A stretch of 63,799 bases of DNA, filler included, from Candidatus Fermentibacterota bacterium (GTDB lineage Bacteria > JAFGKV01): the NCBI GenBank assembly GCA_016928395.1. It is 5 parts of 5 records of this genome, joined end to end, with 100 filler letters (N's around TTAATTAATTAA, not from the genome) between each part and the next. Parts side by side here need not be neighbours in the genome. Positions count along the whole stretch, not along the records: positions 28,638 to 49,910 come from JAFGKV010000158.1; 4 more parts are not named here. One strand, 5' to 3'. How positions within the stretch are numbered: the stretch's first letter is position 1; each line of letters begins with the position of its first letter. A program made the translations under genes and the position numbers. The notes under the pieces were generated by a model that had not been told where the DNA came from, made no database searches, and saw nothing but the letters and a program-made list of their open reading frames with translations. Positions 28,967 through 37,995 of this stretch are shown piece after piece.

Positions 28967-29563
28967 ATGCATGTCGGGATTTTCGGCGGCACCTTTGACC
29001 CGCCCCATTTAGGCCACCTGATCATCGCCCAGGAGGCGCACGCCCAGGCAGGGCTCGACTCCGTCGTGTTCGTGCCGGCCATGGCGCCCCCGCACAAGCG
29101 CGGTTTCGCCGTCTCGCCTTTTTCCGTACGATTGGCCATGGTGCAGGCGGCGATTGAGGACAACTCTGCGTTTGAGGTCTCAGACATAGAGGGGCGGCTG
29201 CCCGTCCCAAGCTTTACGGTGGATACGCTGCGGGCGCTGCGACGACTCAGGCCCGAGTGGGATGATATCGACCTCATCATGGGATCCGACTCCATGCTCG
29301 AGCTGCCCACATGGAGAACCCCCGGGGAGCTAGTCGCCATGGCGCGGCTCGTGGTGTATCCGAGGCAGGGCGCTCCCGTGCCGGAGGCGAGACCGGAATT
29401 CTCGTCGGCCGCTCTGGTCTTGGATGTGCCAGAGCTTCCCTTCTCGTCCACCGCCATCCGGGGGCGCGTATCTCAGGGTCGGAGCCTGAAGTACTGGGTT
29501 CCTGAGGGCGTGATGCCGCTGATCGCCCGGCACGGGCTCTACCGGCCGGAAAGGGAGAACTGA
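28967..29563 (+). CDS. nadD: Nicotinate-nucleotide adenylyltransferase
   Basis: FGGTFDPPHLGH, PPHK, GSD, W and SSTAIR. Confidence 0.96.
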   Translation: MHVGIFGGTFDPPHLGHLIIAQEAHAQAGLDSVVFVPAMAPPHKRGFAVSPFSVRLAMVQAAIEDNSAFEVSDIEGRLPVPSFTVDTLRALRRLRPEWDDIDLIMGSDSMLELPTWRTPGELVAMARLVVYPRQGAPVPEARPEFSSAALVLDVPELPFSSTAIRGRVSQGRSLKYWVPEGVMPLIARHGLYRPEREN

Positions 29564-29564
29564 G

Positions 29565-32243
29565 GTGGGCCGTGCACCAACCTACATCCTTGACGGCACC
29601 GCCATGGCGTACCGCGCCTTCCATGCCCTCAGGCGGCAGGATCTCTCCAGCAGCAGCGGCCAGGCCACGGGCGCGGTCTACGGCTTTGTGCAGATTCTGG
29701 AGACGGTTCTTCGAACCGCGGGCGACGACCGGGTGGTCGCCACCTTCGACGCCGCTGCCCGCACCTTCCGCCACGAGATGTTCCCCGACTACAAGGCAAC
29801 GCGGGAACGCATGCCTGAGGAGTTGCAGGCCCAGATGCCTTACATGCAACGAATCCTGGAAGCCAAGGGGATACGGGTCGTCATTCTGCCCGGGTACGAG
29901 GCGGATGATATCATGGCAACCCTTGCCCTTCGCCTGGTGTCGGAGGATGAGGACTGCATTCTGGTGACGTCGGACAAAGATATGGCGCAACTGGTCAGCG
30001 ACCGGATTCGTCTCATGCCGCCACCCAAAGCCGGCATCGTATCCCTGTTGGGACCGGCCGAAGTGGAGGAGAAGTACGGGGTGCCGCCGAGCCTGATCCG
30101 TGATTTCATGGCGCTTACCGGCGATACGAGCGACAACGTGCCTGGCGTGCCGGGGGTAGGTCCGAAAAGGGCCGGGGAGCTTCTTCGGGAGTTCGGAAAC
30201 CTGGACGGGGTCTTGGCCCACGCCGCAGAGGTACGGCTTCCGTCTGTCCGGGCGGCGCTGCTGGAACACGGTGAGAAGGCGTGGCTGGCGAGGGACTTGG
30301 TGACGGTGTGCACCGATGTGCCGGGATTGCCCGAAGACGTTCTCCAACCTGGTGTTCCCGATCCCAAAGGATTGCGGGATCTCTTCACCGAACTGGAGTT
30401 CGCCTCGCTGGCGGCACAGGTGGAAGTGCCTGATGACTCAGCTCCTGCTGCGGACTATGTCACAGTGACCACCGAGGCTGGACTTGAGGCCGCATTGGAG
30501 GAACTGGCCGGGGCCGAGGTGCTGGCGTTTGATCTGGAAACCACCTCCCTTGACCCGCTGGCGGCCAGACCGGTTGGCATCTCGCTGTGCGGGCGGCCGC
30601 TCCGGGCCTTTTATGTGCCACTGGGCGACCAGGGCGTGCCGATTGAGACAGCGGTGTCTCGCCTCCGACCACTTCTGGAGGACTCTCGGCGTCCCAAGGG
30701 TGGGCAGAACAGTAAGTATGATATTCAGGTGCTTCGATCCATGGGGATCGATGTTCGCGGCCTGACCTTCGACACTATGGTGGCATCGTATCTGATTGAC
30801 CCCAACTTAAAGCAACGCAATCTGGATTTTCTGGCCTTGCGCTACCTCGGGGTCAAGAAGATCCCGACGTCTAGCCTCATCGGTAATGGTCGAGAGATTA
30901 CCATGGACTTGGTACCGGTCGATCAGGTGGCTCGGTATGCCTGCGAAGACGCGGATGTGGCGCTTCGGCTTCACCTCCACTTCGCTCCCATGCTTGCGGC
31001 CATGGGGCTGGACAGGTTGTACCGGGAGGTGGAAGTGCCCCTTGTCCCGGTACTTGCCGCTATGGAGCGCACGGGGATCTGTCTCGACGTATCCTATGTG
31101 AGTCTCTTGGGTAGGGAGCTTGACTCCCAACTGGCTGACCTGCGCCACGACATTCACACGCGGGCCGGCGAGGAATTCAACATCAACTCGCCCCAGCAGT
31201 TGGGATACATCCTGTTTGACAAGCTCGCCGTGCATACCGCATTGGGAATCAAGCGGCTGCGCAAGACGAAATCGGGATACTCCACCGATGCCGCCGTTTT
31301 GGAGACCATGGCCGAGCATCCTCTGGTCGCTCTGGTCCTGGAATACCGCAATGTGGCCAAACTGAAGAATACCTATGTTGACGCGCTGCCGAAGCTCGCC
31401 GACTCCGTCACGGGCCGCATCCATACCAGCTTCAACCAGACGGTGACCGCCACGGGGCGGCTGTCGTCCAGCAACCCGAATCTGCAGAATATTCCGATTC
31501 GCACGGAACTCGGCCGCCGTCTACGGCGGGCCTTTGTCGCACCGCCGGGCCATGTTCTCATGTCGGCCGACTACTCTCAGATCGAACTGCGGATCCTGGC
31601 GCATCTCTGCGGCGATGAAGGCCTGGCGGAGGCCTTTGCGTCGGATGAGGATATCCACCGCTCCACCGCGGCCAGAATACTCGATATCCCCGTGGCGGAA
31701 GTGACGCATGAGCAGCGCTCCCGGGCAAAGGCGATCAACTATGGCCTCATCTACGGCATGGGACCCCGGCGTCTCGCCAGGGACAGCGGCATTAGCATGG
31801 CCGAAGCGGAGACCTTCATCGCCCGCTATTTTTCCAGGTTCCCCGGCGTGAAGCGTTACATGGACTCGGTACTTCAGAAGGCCAAGACTGAGGGCGGGGT
31901 TCGCACCATGCTGGGTCGGTGGCGCCCGATCCCGGAGATTGCCTCATCCGATGGAGGCGCCCGCCAGGCAGCGGAGCGCGCCGCCATGAATACCCCAATT
32001 CAGGGCAGTGCTGCGGATCTGATGAAGGTTGCCATGCTCAAGGTATTCGAAGCTCTGGCGCCGTACGGCGACGCTGCCAGCATGCTGTTGCAGGTACATG
32101 ATGAACTGGTGCTGGAGATCGCCGCTGACGTGGCCGAACCTGTACGGCGAGTGGTAACCGAAGCCATGGAGAACGCCCTGCCGCTCTCAGTGCCTCTTCG
32201 GGTTGACATCGGCGTGGGGCCGACGTGGTTTGATACCAAATGA
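29565..32243 (+). CDS. polA: DNA polymerase I
   Basis: 5'-3' exonuclease (EADD, GDTSDNVPGVPGVG), 3'-5' exonuclease (FDLET) and polymerase motifs (DYSQIELR, KAINYG, QVHDEL). Confidence 0.98.
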   Translation: MGRAPTYILDGTAMAYRAFHALRRQDLSSSSGQATGAVYGFVQILETVLRTAGDDRVVATFDAAARTFRHEMFPDYKATRERMPEELQAQMPYMQRILEAKGIRVVILPGYEADDIMATLALRLVSEDEDCILVTSDKDMAQLVSDRIRLMPPPKAGIVSLLGPAEVEEKYGVPPSLIRDFMALTGDTSDNVPGVPGVGPKRAGELLREFGNLDGVLAHAAEVRLPSVRAALLEHGEKAWLARDLVTVCTDVPGLPEDVLQPGVPDPKGLRDLFTELEFASLAAQVEVPDDSAPAADYVTVTTEAGLEAALEELAGAEVLAFDLETTSLDPLAARPVGISLCGRPLRAFYVPLGDQGVPIETAVSRLRPLLEDSRRPKGGQNSKYDIQVLRSMGIDVRGLTFDTMVASYLIDPNLKQRNLDFLALRYLGVKKIPTSSLIGNGREITMDLVPVDQVARYACEDADVALRLHLHFAPMLAAMGLDRLYREVEVPLVPVLAAMERTGICLDVSYVSLLGRELDSQLADLRHDIHTRAGEEFNINSPQQLGYILFDKLAVHTALGIKRLRKTKSGYSTDAAVLETMAEHPLVALVLEYRNVAKLKNTYVDALPKLADSVTGRIHTSFNQTVTATGRLSSSNPNLQNIPIRTELGRRLRRAFVAPPGHVLMSADYSQIELRILAHLCGDEGLAEAFASDEDIHRSTAARILDIPVAEVTHEQRSRAKAINYGLIYGMGPRRLARDSGISMAEAETFIARYFSRFPGVKRYMDSVLQKAKTEGGVRTMLGRWRPIPEIASSDGGARQAAERAAMNTPIQGSAADLMKVAMLKVFEALAPYGDAASMLLQVHDELVLEIAADVAEPVRRVVTEAMENALPLSVPLRVDIGVGPTWFDTK

Positions 32244-32899
32244 TCACCCGTCAGCGAGGCCAAGCGCCTTGCCTCATCGGCATCACCGGGCTGCCGGGCA
32301 GCGGCAAGTCGGCATGCGCCTCAGCGTTTGCCGCCTCCGGCGCCAGAGTCGTTTCCGGCGACATTGCGGGGCACGAGGCCCTGACGAAGACGAGTGTCTA
32401 CCAGGAGCTGCTCAGGGTCTTCGGCAAGGAGATCGGCTCGGCCGATGGCATCATTGATAGAGCCGCCTTGGGCCGTCAACTGACCGGGCGCGAGAAGGTT
32501 GCCATGCTGAACCGCATCGTGCATCCTCCGCTGCTTGAGATTCTTGCCGAGCGGGTGCGGGCGGCGCTGGATGAGCCACAGTGCCCCATGGTCGCGGTGG
32601 ATGCGGCGCTCATTCCGGAGTGGGGCATAGAACCGTACTTTGACCTCGTGATCTATGTCGCATCCCCCCCGGAGCTTCGGGGCCCTCGCCTGGAAGCATC
32701 GGGCCGGGATCTTGTGATGATCGGAGTTCTGGAACAGAGTCAACTGGCCGAAGACGCCAAGAGAAAGCGGAGTCACATCGTTGTCGATAATCTATGGAGT
32801 TTGGAAGAGCTCAACCGGCGCGTCCATGCGCTGTTCTCCGCGCTGACGCGCATTCGCCACGAGGAGGCATCATGTCCAAGGAGACTGTGGAACGATTAG
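32240..32899 (+). CDS. coaE: Dephospho-CoA kinase
   Basis: IGITGLPGSGKS, IDR..L and LNRIVHP; directly after polA. Confidence 0.93.
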   Translation: MITRQRGQAPCLIGITGLPGSGKSACASAFAASGARVVSGDIAGHEALTKTSVYQELLRVFGKEIGSADGIIDRAALGRQLTGREKVAMLNRIVHPPLLEILAERVRAALDEPQCPMVAVDAALIPEWGIEPYFDLVIYVASPPELRGPRLEASGRDLVMIGVLEQSQLAEDAKRKRSHIVVDNLWSLEELNRRVHALFSALTRIRHEEASCPRRLWND

Positions 32900-33964
32900 C
32901 AGAAGCGCGGGAGCGAGTTCGAGTGCTTCGAGGTTTTCTTTGATGCGGAATCGCTGAAGGTCAAAGCTGCCGAGTTGGAGGTTCGCGCCGCCTCGCCTGA
33001 GTTCTGGTCAGATCCCTCCGCGGGGAAGCTACTGAAGGAGCTCACCAGAACCCGGGAGCAACTTACGAGCATCGACACGCTCTGCGCCGATGTGGAGGAA
33101 TTGGCCGAGCTATCTCGCATCGCCGATGCCGAGGGCGACGAATCCATCGAGGCGGAGTTGGATGCCAGTCTGGCCGAACTCGCCGGTCGCATCCGCGAGA
33201 AGGAGCTGGAGCAAATGCTCAGCGGGCCAGATGACCACCGGGATGCCATAATGACCATTCATCCCGGTGCCGGCGGCGTCGAGTCCATGGATTGGACAGC
33301 TATGCTGGCGAGAATGTACCAACGATGGGCCGAGCGACGAGGATACCAGTGGCAGGTCCTCGATATGCTTCCCGGTGACGAGGCCGGTGTGAAGAGCCTC
33401 ACCGCCGAGATCTCCGGCACTCACGCGTATGGATACCTCAAGGCGGAGTGCGGAGTCCATCGGCTGGTGCGCATCTCTCCCTTTGATGCCAGCAGCAGGC
33501 GTCATACGTCGTTCGCCTCGGTCAATGTGCTCCCTGAGGTTGATGATGCCATCGCGATCGAGATCGATGAACGCGATATCAGGGTGGACACGTACCGGGC
33601 TTCGGGCGCGGGCGGGCAGCACGTGAACAAGACGAGTTCCGCGGTGCGGATCACCCATATCCCGTCCGGTATTGTGGTCCAGTGCCAGAGCGAACGATCC
33701 CAGCATCGAAACCGAGAGAATGCCATGAAGATTCTCATGAGCCGGCTGTACCGGAAGCGAGTCGAGGAAGAGGAGGCCCGGCAGGCACAGATCCAGGGGG
33801 AGAAGACCGAGATCGCGTGGGGCAATCAGATCAGATCATACGTGCTCCAGCCCTACTCCTTGGTCAAGGACCATCGGACGGATGCCAGTACGGGGAATGT
33901 CCAGGCGGTGCTCGACGGGGAGATCGACGACTTCATCGAGGCATTCCTGTTGCACAGGGCGTAG
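32872..33964 (+). CDS. prfB: Peptide chain release factor 2, programmed +1 frameshift at CTT-TGA (32938-32943)
   Basis: RBS GAGGAGG and ATG 32872 open MSKETVERL...LRGFL, then TGA; the +1 frame continues DAESLK... into the ORF carrying SPF and GGQ. Confidence 0.96.
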
Positions 33965-34031
33965 GCGCTCCAGGGCCCGATTCCGAGACGCAGGAGTGTG
34001 CCTATCGTGGCGTAGTCATGTCGCGCAATGC

Positions 34032-34060
34032 TTGACAGCGGAGGGCGTGGTGCCCATCCT
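34032..34060 (+). promoter_or_regulatory. Putative sigma70 promoter
   Basis: TTGACA, 17-nt spacer, CATCCT. Confidence 0.5.
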
Positions 34061-34178
34061 GGGCATGTTGACATTCCTCGATCTGGCCACCGGTGACGGA
34101 GATTCGATGGAGACGTATCGTGTATGAGCCACGGAGACGCCTTCGCTATCCGAGGCGCCAGGAGATTTGGAGAGAATC

Positions 34179-35570
34179 GTGACACCGAGCTTCTACTCAT
34201 GGGGAGCCTGTCAGGAAGTCACAGGCTCGAAGCATTTCGTAGATACGGGGCGGCACACGCTTATGATCGACTGCGGAATGTTCCAGGGTCGCAGACAGGA
34301 AACCTACGAGCGAAACGCAACATTCCCGTTCGACCCGTCGGCCGTCGATGCACTGATCCTGACCCACGCCCACTTCGACCATTCGGGCAATCTCCCCACT
34401 CTGGTGAAGGAGGGGTTTGCCGGCACGGTGTACTGCACGCCTGCAACGCGAGATCTGACCAATCTCATTCTGCTGGACTCCGCCCATATCCAGCGCAAGG
34501 ACGCTGAGTTCGCTCACAAGAGAAGCAAGGGGTTTGTCCCTGATCCTCTGTACGACGAGGAGGATGTTGCCGCCGTCATGGATCGCATGGTCACCATAGG
34601 GTATGACCGCCCATTCCCTGTGCCCGGCGGAACAGCGACCTTTCTTGATGCAGGGCACATTTTGGGCTCGTCGCTGGTGGTGCTTTCATTGGACGGGGGG
34701 CCAATCATCGGCCTGACAGGGGACATCGGCCGACCTCATCTGCCGATTCTCCGCGATCCACAACTATTCCCGCGTCTTGACTTCCTGGTCAGCGAGAGTA
34801 CCTATGGTGATCGCCTTCACGGTTCCCTGCCGGATCTCCAGAGGCGTCTGGCCGAGGTTCTGAACAGAGCGGTAACCAGGGGAGGGAAAGTGATCATCCC
34901 TGCGTTCGCGGTGGAGCGTACGCAGGAGATCATCTACTGTCTTCACCTTCTCAAAGACCAGCATGCCATTCCTGTTGATTTGCCCATGTTCGTTGACAGT
35001 CCGATGGCAATTAGCGCTACGGGCATTTTCCGGATGCACCCGGAGTGCTTTGACAAAGAAACCCGGCAGCTTTTCCGCACGCATGAGCGCAATCCCTTCG
35101 GCTTCGAAGGGTTGCACTACATCAGGCATGTGGAAGACAGCAAGGCCTTAAACAACATGTCAGGTCCCATGGTCATAATATCAGCCAGCGGCATGTGTGA
35201 GGCTGGGAGAATCCTTCATCATCTTCGCAACAACATAGCAAATCCGGCCAACATCATACTCATCGTGGGGTTCATGGCTGAAAACACTCTAGGCCGAAGG
35301 CTCGTTGAGGGTCACAAGGAAGTAAACATATTCGGTGAACCCCACGCCGTTGAGGCGGAGGTGGAGATCATGGATGCCTTCAGCGCCCATGCCGATTATC
35401 GAGAGATGGGGGAGTACTTGGGGAGGCTCGATCGTTCGCGGCTCAAGGAGATATTCCTGGTGCATGGTGAGGAGAGCGCGCAAGAACCCTTGAGGAAGCG
35501 ACTGGTGGAGCAGGGCTTCCCATTGGTGACCATCGCGCAGTACGAGTCCACGTACTCCCTGGATCGATAA
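34179..35570 (+). CDS. MBL-fold beta-CASP RNase (YSH1/TTHA0252-like)
   Basis: GACQEVTGS, THAHFDH, AGHILGS, ESTYG, SASGM and FSAHAD. Confidence 0.92.
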   Translation: MTPSFYSWGACQEVTGSKHFVDTGRHTLMIDCGMFQGRRQETYERNATFPFDPSAVDALILTHAHFDHSGNLPTLVKEGFAGTVYCTPATRDLTNLILLDSAHIQRKDAEFAHKRSKGFVPDPLYDEEDVAAVMDRMVTIGYDRPFPVPGGTATFLDAGHILGSSLVVLSLDGGPIIGLTGDIGRPHLPILRDPQLFPRLDFLVSESTYGDRLHGSLPDLQRRLAEVLNRAVTRGGKVIIPAFAVERTQEIIYCLHLLKDQHAIPVDLPMFVDSPMAISATGIFRMHPECFDKETRQLFRTHERNPFGFEGLHYIRHVEDSKALNNMSGPMVIISASGMCEAGRILHHLRNNIANPANIILIVGFMAENTLGRRLVEGHKEVNIFGEPHAVEAEVEIMDAFSAHADYREMGEYLGRLDRSRLKEIFLVHGEESAQEPLRKRLVEQGFPLVTIAQYESTYSLDR

Positions 35571-35580
35571 GCATCCCCAC

Positions 35581-37782
35581 GTGGCAAACCTGTCTCTCGG
35601 TGTCACGCGGGCACGATGCTTGACCTCCTTGTGCTGGGGGCGTGATGTGATACGACGAGGTTTTGGCCCGCTGCTCTTGTGCCCGCTCGTCGTGACTGCG
35701 TCGTGGCTTGGGTGCTGCCGCAGGGCAACCGAGTTGAGGCTCGCGGACGTGTGGCCCCTCTGCTGGATCGAGGAAGATACTCGGGTGATTCCAATCGGAC
35801 TCGGCTCCGGTCGTCACTACATCGAAGGGTTCTTTGCGCCGGGTGATACCGGTCGCGCCATGAAGGGTGGCATGGCTGCCCTGCGAATCGATGCCGTATC
35901 GGGGGGGCCACGATCGCTGGTTTTCGAGTTGACCGCGCCTCCTGCCGGAGGGGAACTTCGGGTCACCGGCCCCCGGGGTCACGTAGTGGTGAGCTCGTCA
36001 GTCGACTCAGGCAGGCGGCTGGTGTCCGGAGTCGTTCCTGCAGGGGCCCTGGCGGACGGAGAGAACCGATTCATCGTGATGTGGAGATCGGCTGCACAGG
36101 GGCCGGCGGGCGGGATGGCCATTCGGGAGGCGTGGGTGAATCCGGTAGGGGAGGGGAAACTCTCCTATGTGGACTACGATAGTCTCCGCGATGATCTTCA
36201 TATTGGTGCAGGGGCCTCGGTCGAAGTGTTTCTGGTGCCTGACCGCAAGGCCTCCTTAGGCTTTCGAACTCGGGGTGACGGTGTGGCGGCCATCGAAGTC
36301 GCGCACGATGGCCACGAACCGGAGATGGTCCTGGTCAAGGATGCAGCATCTCGCCCTCTGAAGTGTTCTGTGCCTGTTCCGACGAGGAAGAACTCGAATC
36401 TGATGGGAGTCAGGCTCATGACTACCGAGCGAAGCCTCACCTCGTGGAGCAACGTAGTCTTTTCTGGCCTGGCTTCTCCTGAGTGGATGGTCATTCCTTC
36501 GGCATCGCCTGGGCGATCTCGCGCCGACCCATTGAGGTCGTCGAACATTCTCGTCTATGTTGTCGACACGGTTCGAAGGGATCATCTTCAAATCTACGGA
36601 TACGACCGTCCGACGACCCCCTACCTGGCCGATCACGTCAACGAGTGGTCCATATGGGACAATTGCCAGAGCCTTTCCTCATGGACACGGCCTTCCACCG
36701 CGACCATTCTGACCGGTCTTGACCCTATCGCGCACGGCGCAATCACGGAGGCCAGTTCACTGGCGCCCGGCGTGCCATCCATTTGGGATCCTTACCGGCT
36801 CAAGGGCTGGGAGGTCGCCTATTTGACGACCAACGACCACGTGGACACACGGTGGGGGTTTGCCAGGAACGTCGATTTCTACCGCCATTTCGAGACATCC
36901 CCGATTCGTCGGACAATCCATCTTGCCGCGGACTCGCTGCACCTAGCCTTCCTGGCCTGGCTCGACCACAGGGAATCGCCAGAGAGGCCTTTCTTCGCCT
37001 ACCTGCACGCGACCGATCCGCACGGGCCGTATACGCCGCCAAAGGATCTGATCCCCCTCTTCTATCCTGAAGGCTGTCCGAGTATCGAATCCATTTCGTC
37101 TGAGCGCCTCAAGTTGATGGTATGCCCGGGTAACGTCGAACCTTGGGAGCGGGATGCCGCTGAGGCGCTGTACGATGCGGAAATCGCGGCGTGGGATGGA
37201 GAGTTCGCCCGTTTGCTCCGTGAGCTGGATGGACGCGGCATTCTGGAAAAGACGGTCATTCTTCTGACCAGCGATCACGGGGAGGAGTTCGGGGAGCATG
37301 GGTCGTTTTCCCATGGCCTGACGCTGTATCGCGAGCAACTCGAGGTTCCGTTTCTCGCCCGCATCCCCGGAGTAGGCGGCACCAGGCGACATGAGCCCGT
37401 GGACCACCGTGATGTCCCTGGGCTGCTTGGCTGGATCATGGAAGATCACGATCAGTTGTGGACGCCCCCCATGCGGCCGAATCGACCATCGCACTTGAGC
37501 CTGCGAGGCTTCGAGAAGGCGCGGCTTCAGACCGATGAATTTGCTCTGATTTGGCACACATGCCCCATTGGATCCTGTGGCATCCCTGTGCCCGAGTTTG
37601 AGCTGTTCCTGAAGGATAGCGCAGAGACAGCAGATGTTGCGGATCACCATGCCGTGTTGTGTCGCGCAGGGAGAGCAATGCTGGACGGGTGGATCCGGTC
37701 TGCCGCGTACTCAGAGCCGCGCTCACTTGACGAGCGAACCATGGATCATCTGCGGCTCCTGGGCTACATCACGGATGAATGA
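35581..37782 (+). CDS. Exported sulfatase-like (AlkP superfamily) protein, Thr at the nucleophile position
   Basis: VDTVRRDH, WTRPSTATILTG, DPHGPY and SDHGEEF; C-terminal LRLLGYI; start uncertain. Confidence 0.85.
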   Translation: MANLSLGVTRARCLTSLCWGRDVIRRGFGPLLLCPLVVTASWLGCCRRATELRLADVWPLCWIEEDTRVIPIGLGSGRHYIEGFFAPGDTGRAMKGGMAALRIDAVSGGPRSLVFELTAPPAGGELRVTGPRGHVVVSSSVDSGRRLVSGVVPAGALADGENRFIVMWRSAAQGPAGGMAIREAWVNPVGEGKLSYVDYDSLRDDLHIGAGASVEVFLVPDRKASLGFRTRGDGVAAIEVAHDGHEPEMVLVKDAASRPLKCSVPVPTRKNSNLMGVRLMTTERSLTSWSNVVFSGLASPEWMVIPSASPGRSRADPLRSSNILVYVVDTVRRDHLQIYGYDRPTTPYLADHVNEWSIWDNCQSLSSWTRPSTATILTGLDPIAHGAITEASSLAPGVPSIWDPYRLKGWEVAYLTTNDHVDTRWGFARNVDFYRHFETSPIRRTIHLAADSLHLAFLAWLDHRESPERPFFAYLHATDPHGPYTPPKDLIPLFYPEGCPSIESISSERLKLMVCPGNVEPWERDAAEALYDAEIAAWDGEFARLLRELDGRGILEKTVILLTSDHGEEFGEHGSFSHGLTLYREQLEVPFLARIPGVGGTRRHEPVDHRDVPGLLGWIMEDHDQLWTPPMRPNRPSHLSLRGFEKARLQTDEFALIWHTCPIGSCGIPVPEFELFLKDSAETADVADHHAVLCRAGRAMLDGWIRSAAYSEPRSLDERTMDHLRLLGYITDE

Positions 37783-37995
37783 GCACTAATTCAGCATGAG
37801 GCTCTTCAAGGGTTCAGTGCTGATTGGGAGCCGAAGCTCTCGCACCCTGATCGTGGGTTGGTACGCCTACACGCCACGCGCAGCGATACGATCGTGGAAT
37901 ACCTCTTGATCGTGGAGGGCACTGAACCCCGCAGTGCTGTGGCGGATGCGCGCCGGTTACGAATAGTGGATGTCCACTCTCGGAAGGGAACGGAT

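Noticed and set aside
34065-34127. 20-codon ORF (MLTFLDLATGDGDSMETYRV) upstream of the beta-CASP RNase as a leader peptide
   Set aside because: No RBS, no regulatory codon run and no attenuator structure; unsupported.
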